Positions 23,315 to 34,704 of a DNA stretch of 37,075 nucleotides are shown one piece after another. This DNA is from Paraphysomonas bandaiensis (Eukaryota > Protista > Chrysophyceae). The DNA lies in assembly GCA_965644295.1 (NCBI GenBank), contig CBFFRP010000229.1, positions 1 through 37,075 on the forward strand, in the 5' to 3' direction. The notes below the pieces were generated by a model. That model made no database searches. It had not been told where the DNA came from and was given only the letters and a program-made list of their open reading frames with translations. How positions within the stretch are numbered: the stretch's first letter is position 1; each line of letters opens with the position of its first letter. The position numbers were made by a program, and so were the translations under genes.

Positions 23315-26300
23315 ATGGATGATCGAATAGTGGCTGACGGTCGAGAGGCTTTACATCATCTTGAAGAGCAACTCAAAGCCCCTCACACTTCACTTCAAAC
23401 ATACACACCAACTCATCCACACACACATACAGACCCTATAGAGACCCATATATATCCCACAGATGCTGATACATACACAGACTATGACAGGTCCTCTAAC
23501 GCACAGAGATCTAATTTGCTCGCCGAAAGACGTTTACTGGACATCAAACCCCGCGATGCGAGGCTACAGAGCAGGTTGGGATCTCCTCTTGGACTGACGC
23601 TAGAGGTAACAGTATGTTTTATTATATGATTTTTATTATATTTTAAGAATTATTTTAATGGAATTAATTATTTCATTGTAATAACAGGAACTTGATGACC
23701 GAGGGTTGCTGGAAGGAGGGGGCGTGGTACCATCGTACTATACTTCTATGCGCCAGCAGAATAGACGGCACTTGGAAATGCGTAAACGATCATCACGGTT
23801 ACAACGTCGTGGTCATGAAGTAGGTGCACTGTGCTGAGCTATGTGATCTGATGCTGTTTCTAGGATGAGGTGAAGCTGAAATCTTCTGGTAACATTATTC
23901 GGATGATTAGGGTACTGGTTCGGAAGGGGCTAAACTTAGATGAACTGTTTGGAAACGTGGACTTTGATGGTCGTGGCATAATTGAGAAAGATCAGTTTGT
24001 TGGGATTATTAGAAACCTCGGGCTGCCATGTGCATATAAAGATATTGTGTCTTTTGTCCAGCGCTACGCTGTGTCTAGTCAGCAGATTGACTACGATGCC
24101 TTTATTAATGAGGCGGTACGAGAGGCGGTACATAGCCTGGATGGGGAAGACAGTCTGGAAGGATCAGCAAGCGGTCCTGCCATATCATCCCCCTCCTCTA
24201 ATGCTGTTGTAGAACTAAAGCGAATGCTCATCGATTCGAAGAACAGGCTTCACAAGTCATATGACGACATCTACCGAATGTTTTCAAAATGGGATAGCAG
24301 TGGCAGGGGTATGGTCACCATAACACAATTCTTTCGTGTCCTTGCTCAATTACACGTCGTGTTCAATGACCGCGACCAGGATTTTATAGCGGAACTCCTT
24401 GATAGTGATGGAAAGGGAAAAGTGGATTTTGAAGCATTGCTGTCCTACTGCTTTACACCCTCTGAGGATGATACATCGTCACCACGGCAGGAGGGCACGA
24501 ATGGTACAGGTGGGACCGGGGACGGTGATGAAAGCCTTTCTCTGGGTGGGAGTACGGCCGTCGGTACTGCGGTGTCTGGAGAGGCAAGAAGTAGTAGTGG
24601 AATGCCGGGAAGGAGGCCACGTACTGCCTCTGCTTTCCGTGGACAGGCAGCATACTCTTATCACGACGATGGTGATTCATACACAGGTGGCACGTCTCAT
24701 GAGCACGGCGCTGCCTCTCCTGGTGTTCCTGGTCATCTTTCGCAGCCCTCCCCTGGGCACCGCAGCCAACGGCGCCCCCTAACGGCTTCAGCACGTGTGC
24801 TACATGGGGAATACAGGGCCCGAGACAAAACCCCTAATGGGGGGGGGCGTCGCCCTCAATCTGCCAAGCGGTCTTTGAGTGAGGACACGCAAGGCTTTAT
24901 CCTGGACATACCCTCTGGTGATGAGGAGGATGAGATCCTTATGAGGGAGGGGGACGACGGAACAGCTTCGCACACACTGGAGCTTGTTTCTCCGGAGTCA
25001 GTCCCACGGCATGTCTATGGCCCGCCATTTGGTGCCGACACTAGACACCAACAAACGGCAGACTACTATTATGAACCATCCTATGGTGACATGCGTTCAC
25101 AACCGATTGAGTATGAATCGGGCATTCCTGATTCGTCAGTACCATATGGTCGGCGGGATAGTGGACGGGCACCTAGAAAGGATTCTGATTTATACGACGA
25201 GCCAGTCTACGTGGACATGAGGCCGTCTAAGGCCCGTAGGAACGGTTCAAGCACTGAAGATATACCGTCGCACCTTCCAATCGACAACTCAACGCAAGCG
25301 GTAAGCCGGGGATCCTCCGGTGACCAATGTGATAACCAAGAACGTTTGCCAGACTCTCGGGCAACTGGTAGTATTGAATCGGCTGAAATGGCACTGAGGA
25401 AAGCAGTACTGGAAAAAGAACAACACAGAAAGTGCTTACGAGACATATTTTCCATGTTTGACCAAAAGTTTGTTAGATTCTTTGATTCTCGTGACCTTCA
25501 GACGGCGTCTGAGTCTGCGTTTGGTCTTCAGTTCGGACCTATCACATCTAATGGCCTTGTGCGACGCATGGCTGTGGAGGGTTACGATCGTGTGTCATAC
25601 AGTGATTTTGTAACGTTCGTTCGGGACCCAGAGTACAAAATACTTGAAGATAAGCTCCAACAGCGGATAGCTGATCAGCTGGAGCAGCAGGGACGAGAAT
25701 ACCAGTACTTGTTGTTCACTGTTTTGTCGCAAGAGGGAGCACCTACTTCAGCGGTCACATCAGGAGATAGTGAGCCAGATCAAAGTGTGAAAAACTCCTC
25801 TCCTAATTCTGGGTTAGTATCCGCATCTTCTTTCGGAAACTCTCTCAAGAAACTCGGACTGCAGTTGTCTCCAACAGAAATCGAGAGAATCGTTACCAAG
25901 TTTGATACACATGGGACGGGTATGTGTTCTGTATCTCGATTCATGAATATGTTGCAAAACAGCGAGCACTGGAAGTTTGCACTAGACACTCTCGCCTATC
26001 ACGAGGAAGCCGCAGAAGAGTGCCAGGTAGTTCGTCAGCGCATGAAAAGCAACGCTAGACACGCAATTAATACTGAATTTGACGAAGAGACACTTGAAAT
26101 GGCAGAATATCTTGGGATCCGTATTCTCTCCGAGCCTCATTTGTTGTGGATCGTTTCGGAGGCGATTAAGGCTCCTCTTCCTGAAGGATGGTCTGTGCAC
26201 CAGGACAAACAAGGGAGGACGTTTTTCTTCCACGCCCCGAGTAATAGTACGCGATGGGACCATCCACTTGATCCGCACTTCAGGAAGCTGAGGAACGATG

Positions 26301-27576
26301 GCAGAAAGAGGTATGCTACACTTTTTGCCATATTTTGATGACAGTGTTTGTAGAACGGAGAATCAGTATGGGGACATGCCACCACGCCCCTCGGATCATT
26401 CTTACAATACCAATGTAGTAAAATCTCAACATTTGAGAGAGCAGCCCATTCGAGACGACAAGGTATATACTGGACAGGCGGAGTTGACTCCACATGATGC
26501 CGAAGAGAGTACACACATTCCGCAGCCTCATGCGAATTCATCTTCAGAGGAGAAGTACATCGAGGAGGACGATGACGACATGAGTGACTACTACCGTCTC
26601 AAGAACCGCTCACGGGGCAGTGGCAAAGATAATACTAAGCCTCCTGCTCACTCTGCTCAAACGAAGCTTATGTCACGAGAGGCCAAGAGACCAGTGTCCG
26701 CACAAGACCGCAGTGCGCATGAAAGTTCCCATGGAAACCGATATCAAGAACCTGTCCCACGTAGGCACATAGCGAAGGGCCCACAGTCTGCTTATGTGAT
26801 GGATGACGCAGGAAAGCAATCCAATCGCCCAGTGAGTGCCCCATATGATCGAATGGAGGGTGAGCATACATACCGCAAACCACCGGAGAAGCAGAGACAC
26901 GCATCAACACTCCCACATCCTGTTGAGTCAAGACGAGACGAAGAAAGAATTAACATTTTCGGTTCTCGTTCTAACCGCACGCAGTCACATGGCAAGCAGG
27001 GCGGTACACATACCACCCAGCAGCAGATGCGGACAATGATATTACCTGGAGGAGGGTACCCAGGTCCCGTTGCGGGTGGAGGAAAGGGTGATCGACGTGG
27101 ACATGGGAAGGCGTCTAGGACAAGAAATTCAGAGCGTGTCTCGTCAAAGGCCCAACCAAAATCATACAGGTATACATATCACGGTCGGAAAGAGCTTGTG
27201 CGTGCGTCTTCAGCTGGCAGAACTCGTCCATCCAGTCAACTGCACACAGCACCTATTAGAAGAGAAGATAAGTCGAAGCTAGACATTATGTTCCAGGATG
27301 ATGTCTTAGATATGTTAGACGAAAAGTTAAGCAGGTCAAGTCAACGAAACCCTGCTAATGCCAGACCCTCCACATCGAGCAATGTTCAGGCTGAGTATGT
27401 GTGAATTTTTAACAGTTGTTCGTCAGTGTAATGGTTGCTGCAGGAATGAAGTGAGACGTCGGTCATCTGAAGGAGGTAGAAGCGAAAGTAGATATCGCAC
27501 TTCCATTTCACGTGATGAATACGAAAGTTCTTCGCGTCCGGGAGAAAAAGATCATGAAAAAATTATATGGCTATAG
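23315..27576 (+). CDS. Multi-EF-hand protein with an internal CEP164-type WW module (~1347 aa, 5 exons)
   Basis: Exons 23315-23605, 23688-23819, 23864-26310, 26354-27394 and 27444-27576 join in frame. EF-hand loops: DFDGRGIIEKDQF, DSSGRGMVT, DSDGKGKVDFEAL, DTHGTGMCS. WW module: AEYLGI...LLWIV.EA.KAPLPEGW...FFFH...TRWDHPLD. Start codon uncertain. Confidence 0.88.
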
Positions 27577-27846
27577 TGGCGCTGTAAATAGTGTTTGTTA
27601 AATTTGTCCGTGCTGTTTCATTTGATTGCAGTTATATAACTGGGACGTCTTTTACTCATTGTTACGTGTAGTCATACTATAGCTAGCAGGAAGAAATAGT
27701 GTTTGTTAATAATAGTTCTTTCGTTATTGTTACAGTGAAACAGAGGTTACTTTTTTATTGAAATAAAGGCACAAAGTATGTCAGAAGTAAAAAAGTGAAA
27801 TAATTCAAAGCTTGTCAGAATTGAACTTCCCTGAAAGAATTAGTAG

Positions 27847-28925
27847 AGTCGTGAATGTCTGATTATTAGCAATAGGGGCGTAAGAGTCAGAACTAACGCA
27901 GCAAAACAATTTAACTAACTAGGGATTATCTCGGATATCCTACATCCTACGAAAGCTGCTTGTGCGTCACCGGATGCACCAAACACCAAGGTGCAACCAC
28001 TTTAGCTATCTCACTCAAAGCAAACGCATAGTGAGCAAGCAGATAGTTGATATACCTGACATCTGCACATCTGCTAACTTCAGGATTATTGAGTCCTTAA
28101 AGTGAACTAGCTCAGATGCTTGGCTTCAGCAGGCAGCCCAATATCCCAGATGCCCTTGAGCAGGGCTGCGCAACAATTAATTGAATTGTAATTGCAATTA
28201 AATTGCATGGAATATACGTTTCATGCAATTCGAAAATGTTTTTTGATTCTCCAGAAGATTACGCCGAACAAGCCGATCTTGGTGATGTGCGTTTCTTATT
28301 CAATAGCCCACTTCAGAAATTCCCTAGTACCTAGTACTAGCCACCAGACCTTCAACAATGCTGTTGTTAAAGTCCAAAAGCGGATTGGAGGACACTCTTT
28401 CACTCGACCTTAGTACCAACCGCTGCTTGAAGCATATTTACTCCACTACTAATTGTGTAGAAAGGCGTTTTATTAGAGCAAAAATCAACGTGAGTGATCT
28501 GCGCAAATCCATGACACCTCATCGATTGGAGGTCCTTATGTTCTTGCTCTTTAATTGACATCGGTAGAATGCAAGAAAAGTTGACGATGCTATTCGTGTT
28601 TGTAATGAGTAGCTAATTTAATTATACAATAATTGGCAATTAACTGCAAAAATTGCAATTATAACTAACTAATAGAGCTATAACTATTAATTATTGCACA
28701 GCCCTGTCCTTGAGGTCTTGAGGTGGGCCCATTTCCGGATGTCTGTTTACTGTTTACTTGTCGGGCTCAAAGACGTCTACACAAGTAACATTTATTAGTG
28801 TGTTTTGTACCACACAAGTATTAGGCTATGAGTTACCCGGAGAAATATCTCCGGCACTTATCCCCCAGAACACCACGAAAAGGTGCAAGTCTGACATTTT
28901 TGAGAGGGAATATAGTACGTGGTTG
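27847..28925 (-). mobile_element. SINE/SIDE-like family copy split by a hAT insertion
   Basis: 27847-28160 and 28715-28925 are contiguous halves when compared with the copy at 10446-10945. Confidence 0.88.
28161..28706 (+). mobile_element. Non-autonomous hAT transposon (546 bp, internal deletion derivative)
   Basis: 20-bp TIRs CAGGGCTGCGCAACAATTAA / TTAATTATTGCACAGCCCTG (18/20). 8-bp TSD CCCTTGAG / TCCTTGAG. Subterminal AATTGC repeats. Remnant hAT dimerisation motif TTNCVERRFIRAK...RKSMTPHRLEVLMFL with stops. Confidence 0.93.
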
Positions 28926-29510
28926 GACAATATATATCCTAATGTGTTGTTTTAAATACGATTAAAGTGAAATCTGTCTCCGTGTTGGAATACGCTCCTT
29001 TAAGATAGAACTGTATTATATACTAAGCGCAATGTGAAAACAAAACTGAAATACGCAGTCAAAACTACTGTATAGATTAGTACCTATGTTCGGAGACGCC
29101 GACGCGGCATGATGCCTGCTACTACACACTTAACAATGAACAATTACAAAGACACTATCAGAATGGTAATACACATTACTCCTATGATACTATATTCATG
29201 CTTAATGCTGATCCATAAACTTATATAAAGATGTTGAATTTTATATTTACGTCAATCTAAACGTATTGCATGTACTATTCAAAATTGGCAAACCTAACTA
29301 CCAAATATAATCTGCATAAAATACAAAAACATATAATGTCAGATGCAAAATAAACCATTCTCCTTCAACTAGGCAATTCAAAGGTTGCCCTAACATACGA
29401 AATATTATTCATTCAATTGAAAATTCATTTTCCAGTTCGTATTTCGTTACAAACTACTGATTACCATGAACCACGGTTGAGCTGACACATGGCATAACAG
29501 TACTGCATAT

Positions 29511-31369
29511 TCACGTCCCTGAATTCGATCTTGGTTTGGGTGATGGTTTCCGTCTGCTCAACACACATGAACACATTAGTGAATAGCGTAGGGCACATAC
29601 CCCTTCAATATATATCTAGGTCCAAGGGTTTTGGCATACTGTTCTTGCTGTGCGGCTCTGTCTTCTGCTGATCTGGATAAAGTTGAAAATTTAGGACTGC
29701 CCGTTTGGGGTGCCGCCAGAATGCCGTGAGACTGAGGTCTACGAGGGGGCACAGGGTGTGGCGGGGGGCGAAGAGATACGGATGGAGTGTCACTGGACGC
29801 AGAAGGATTACTTCTGGTCGTGGTGACAGGTGGAAGTGCACTTGATGTGCTTACAGTTTGCGTTGAAGAGCTCATCCAAGCAGACATGGAAGGCGTCACT
29901 GATGAAGGCTGGGATGGAGGAGAGCTAGATGAGGACATACTGTGCAAGGGTGAGCATGTGGCGAGAGACTGAGGTGAATGTCTGTGTGCGTAGGAGGGGA
30001 TCGGTGCCAAGGGAGGACTGGGTCATGACAATAGACATGATTAAGATCAGAAATAGTTTGAGATATCAACGCACCTCCTATCCACAACTGTATCAGTATC
30101 AGGGGTAAAAATACGGCCATCAGACACCATGGCAGGACTTGGATCCTTTCCCTGCTGCTGCTTTCTGTGATGATTCCGTTGCTGAGTTATCTTGTCCGGG
30201 CTTTTGTCCAAGTATATAGGTATGGGTAGGGTTCGCCCTGATGGAGATGTAGAGTCCGAGCTGAGTTTTCCCATCTCACTCCCGGGGGCATCAGCTTCTC
30301 CCTCACCCGCATCGACGTTAACTTGGTTGAGAGCATCCACCTTGAGCATACGTAACACTTCCTTCGCATAGCTGACAGTAACCCCATCGTCCCCATCCCG
30401 GGACACGTGGGAGCCCGCTGGTGAGAACATATCCATGTATTTGGCATCCATCTCTGAATTTCCTAGTTCAGAACTGCTAGATTCATCACGTGACTTTTTC
30501 TCAATCCGAAGAGGCTGCCAGAGTGTGGCCAGTACAATAGCAACTGGAATCAGCTCAACCATGATGTAGTAGAAAAATGGAAATAGAGGCGTGCGCCCAT
30601 GTGGACCCATGTATGTCATCTCTCCGTCTGAAGGCAGATGCGTGAGTCCCATCCCCACTACTATAGTGAGTACCCCACGCGTCGCGTACATACACACCAG
30701 CACGCCGTTCATCACCTGAAACATGCGCTCAGACCTGGGAAGCACAGACCTTGTTACTTTGTCTGCTTTGCAGAGCTCATTGAACTTGCCACCAAAGAAT
30801 CCAAGCAATACAGCAATGAGAAAATTCAAGAATGAAGCGAATAGCACATATACATCCGCCAGTACATTCTTGACATGTTGGGAGGTCGAGGAGGTCTCAG
30901 TTAGTATAGACAATACAATGCAAACGGCAAGAAACACGGTGTTCGCAAACACACAAATTTGAAATGGGTAAGCAGATGCATCTTTCATAAGGGCTTGTGC
31001 GTAAAATACTACCAGCAAAGACAACCTGTGACGCACGATTATAATAGGTAGGATGCTTAGCAGTTGTATACCCGGCAATCTGCATCCATATCGGCAATAC
31101 ATATAACAGCAGAACGAACACTCCGGGTAAACTTGCAAAACAGGCAACCTACCAGCACAATAAATACGAATATAACTATATCGGTATAAAACCTGAATCC
31201 AGAAAATGACCCGCACAAAAGAACTCATTGTTAAGAAATATAACACTCCCGCTCTGAGAGTTAACTTCTTGCTAAAGCTTATTCGTATTTGGTATATTTG
31301 TAGCGCACAGGCAGTAAGCACCGCTGAGTATGCAAGAACTAGAAGAATAGCAAGAGAATCCACCTTCAT
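29511..31369 (-). CDS. Seven-TM membrane protein, THH1/TOM1/TOM3 (GPR137-like) type, with a Ser/Pro-rich C-tail
   Basis: Introns at 31149-31192, 31026-31071, ~30019-30075 and ~29554-29600 give ~7 hydrophobic helices ending FFYYIMVELIP..IVL, a last-helix signature typical of this family. Family call is from memory of motifs. Confidence 0.7.
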
Positions 31370-31822
31370 AGTCGCTGTTATTGATACAGTACACAGGTAG
31401 AGAAAAGTCGGCTATTAACACTACAGTACTTATAGATATGAATCAGCAGCTATAGATATAGCTGTGAGCGTGTATGTATAGCTAATAGTATGAGTATATA
31501 AGATAGTGGTGTGTATGGATATGTATGTATCTATAATATAAATAGAAGTATGCAGATCACTGCTGTGTACTGCACAGATTCAAATCATTCACCAGTTCAA
31601 CGGTATGTTGAGTACACTGGGTTCTGAAGAACAACACATTATCGAAAATAGCATTGAATGGTATAGAGAGTACATCACTGTGGCATGAGAAGGTGGAGTT
31701 ATTAGACCATATTCATATTCCATCAGACCATATACCGCTCTACCAGTATACCCATATAGGACTAAATCAGACAGTTGCTATTTTTTTGCATTCTGTTCTA
31801 GATTGAATAAAATACATCATAC

Positions 31823-31981
31823 GTATGTATGTATGTATGTATGTATGTATGTATGTATGTATGTATGTATGTATGTATGTATGTATGTATGTATGTATGT
31901 ATGTATGTATGTATGTATGTATGTATGTATGTATGTATGTATGTATGTATGTATGTATGTATGTATGTATGTATGTATGTA
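31823..31981. repeat. (GTAT)~40 perfect microsatellite
   Basis: Directly visible, ~159 bp. Confidence 0.99.
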
Positions 31982-32068
31982 CCACCGTGTATGTATGAAC
32001 TCATAGCTATGTAGGTGTTCTGAAATCATGATATAAGGGACTATGAAGGCTACTTGTAAGGGGTTGCA

Positions 32069-33097
32069 ATGAAAAGTCTCGTATCTACTATAACGTTTAT
32101 GTGCGCCATTCAGGCGGCCTTTTCGTTATATCCAAATAGGCATCCTACTAGCCGATGGAGCAGTCTATCAAGCTACTCTCGTCGTAGTGCATCACCGACA
32201 AGCAGTACTCGATTAGTTGATGTTTTAAAATCAACGAGTGATCCCGGTAATACTTCTCATGCGACAGGTATTGAACTCTGTCCTGTTGAAGATCCCATAT
32301 GCGGAGATAACAGAGGAACTTTTGATTACTCGGTGCTGACCTCATCCGGCGTCAAGCCTACAAACTTAACCGAGATTACGTCTCTATTGAAGCTATCAAT
32401 TGCTTTTGCATATTCCTACGCCTTATCTCAGCAGCCTGCCCCACGGGACCCCTATATACTGGTGTGTGGTCTACTGGGAGCATTCTTATCACGGCTAGTT
32501 CATTCAACTGATAACTATGATGAGTTCCGTGTCTTCTCTAAGCAGCCAGGTATAGTATACCAATCAAATAATTAAATTTTTTGTACTTAACATCATGTAG
32601 ACACGTTGGTTCCACTGATGCGCTCTGTCAGGGACACCAGAACGACAAGCCGACTAGGACGACTATATGGATTTATAGGTACAACATTCCTATTTATGCA
32701 CAGTGTAGATGACGTGTTTGTGGGACTGTAGGTGGCTGGGTAGTAAGTTACTTAGTCTCAGATGGAGTCAGAGACGCATTATCCCGGTATGCCTCAATTT
32801 GATTAAATATATTGTCAATCCGATGATACATACAACTGAAAGTGTTGAACCGTGAAGTTTGCAATACGTACCAAAGATTATATTTAACTTTATGTATAAC
32901 TCAGGCTTCCCATGTTGAGCATCCTACGTTCGACCTATTCTCCTATGAGTGGAAGGTTGTCAGACCGTCTTGTAAGTTTGAAGCTCTTGTGGTCTGTTCG
33001 CCGAGCGGTTTGGATTATCTCCAAGGCGTATATCAGGAAACGAAGCAAGAAAGCTTTTTCTACCTTTTGGAGATATAGAAATCGAAAGACCAAATAG
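32069..33097 (+). CDS. Small membrane protein of unknown function with a putative bipartite plastid-targeting presequence
   Basis: Exon 1 (32069-32549) reads MKSLVSTITFMCAIQAA-FSLYPNRHPTSRWSS...; two short in-frame exons follow. The last exon ends at 32855 or 33097 depending on the acceptor used. Confidence 0.65.
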
Positions 33098-33616
33098 TAT
33101 TTATCAGTATATGTGTTGTACCATAAACCAGAGTGGGATAATGTGACTTATGTTAATAACTGATATGTAAATTTTATTATATTGCAAGTTGACAGCAGTT
33201 GTAAATTACATCAACTACGTTGTTACAGATGCTGTGCATTGTTGTCACAGAAGTAGTCAAGCAGATCTCTATTTCACCTATAATAGACAATAGACAGAGT
33301 TCTGCCTTATTTTTTATTCGCATCAACATGTGCCTCTGCATCCATTGTCGATCCTGTTGCTTGGTTTCCAAAAAGCGTGTGCTTATATCTTTTTACCCGA
33401 CTGCTGGCTCTGGTGTAATTCATGTCGGCTACAGAGCAGAGACTGTATGCTAGTTGAATGTTGAATATGTGATACATGCGATCAGGACGTCCTTCTTTTA
33501 GGCATGAGAGTTTGTCATCTTCTTCTATGATTTTTACATGTTTTTAATTTGCGCTTGGCTTTTGATTCCATCCACGAATTCTACCTCAGTTTAAGTAAGC
33601 TGCATCTCTATAGTGA

Positions 33617-33778
33617 AGTAGTGAATGTCTGATTATTTAGCAATAGGCGTTGAGACCTTGCATCAATTAGTGGCTAGAAGAATGCTAGTCATACTAGTTA
33701 GACCACTACCCGTAACTAATCAATACAAACTCTTTTATCCTACTATTTAACGCTACGAAAGCTGCTTGTGCGTCGCCG
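33617..33778 (-). mobile_element. 5'-truncated copy of the repeat family with a 12-bp TSD
   Basis: Matches the reverse complement of ~1396-1555. Flanked by the perfect direct repeat TCTCTATAGTGA (33605-33616, 33779-33790). Confidence 0.88.
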
Positions 33779-33816
33779 TCTCTATAGTGATAAACTTGGT
33801 TACTTTTGCCAGATCA

Positions 33817-34353
33817 GTGCTCTGGGGGATAAGTGCCGGAGATGTTTCTCCGGAAAACTAACGTGAGATGCATATTATATAGTCAGCAGATATCTTTCCG
33901 CCACTCATAGCCTAATTCTTTTGTGTTGTATGTTGTACAAGGGCAATGAAATCACTTGTGTAGACGTCTTTGGGCCCTGACAAATAAACAGGCATCCGGA
34001 AATGGGCCCACCGCAAGAGCATCCGGAGTATTAGACTGCCTGCTGAAGTCAAGGATCCGGGAATGGGCCTACTTCAAGGGCATCTGGGATATTGGGCTGC
34101 CTGCTGAAGTCAAGCATCCGGGATGTTCATCTTAAGGACTCAATAATCCTGAAGTTAGCAGATGTCAGGTATATCAACATCTTCTGGCTCATTGCGTTTG
34201 CTTTGAGTGTGAGAGCTAAAGCACCTTGGTGCTTGCATTAATTATTTATTAATTATCAGAGTTAAGCACTACTTATATAGTTAAATTGAAATGCTATATT
34301 AATTCTGAATCGTAAAGGCCAATATTGCTAATAATAAGACGTTCACTACGACT
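33817..34353 (+). mobile_element. SINE/SIDE-like family copy with two 61-bp modules
   Basis: Runs from TCTGGGGGATAAGTGCCGGAGA to ATTGCTAATAATAAGACGTTCACTACGACT. Confidence 0.88.
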
Positions 34354-34704
34354 GTCGATTACATACTTATATAAGGTACAAATACGCCATATCATTTGTC
34401 TCGTCCTATTCTCTCTGCAGCTTCATGAACATATTTCGTAGACTTCTTCCCTTCGCTATATGTCCGATTCTTCCTCTTCTTGAACTGAAGCTCGTAAGTT
34501 TCGGAGGTGATGAAGTCTCAGGTTATTCGTACCATGTGTGAAATTTGAGAAAGTAGTTAATTTAGCTAACTTTTAGTATTTCAGCATGCGGGTGTATATA
34601 TATTAAAGTTTGAAATAGCTATATTGTCTTAGTTGTTCTAAGTATAATATGCTACAATTACTAAATTGGGTTTTCAATATGCTTCTTCATGAATACTGCA
34701 TATA

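Noticed and set aside
28840-28925. tRNA-derived SINE head
   Set aside because: Only a weak A-box-like TGGTGTTCTGG; no B box or cloverleaf.
31767-32029. ORFs encoding HTYI/MYVC repeats
   Set aside because: Translation artefacts of the GTAT microsatellite.
33992-34131. CRISPR-like array from recurring GCATCCGG
   Set aside because: The spacers are themselves repeated, the repeat is only 8 bp, and the context is eukaryotic with no cas genes.
33618-34349. Apparent ~28-bp TIRs (GTAGTGAATGTCTGATTA... / ...TAATAAGACGTTCACTAC) suggesting a 730-bp DNA transposon
   Set aside because: They are the 3' termini of two oppositely oriented copies of the same retro-family; the left copy has its own 12-bp TSD.
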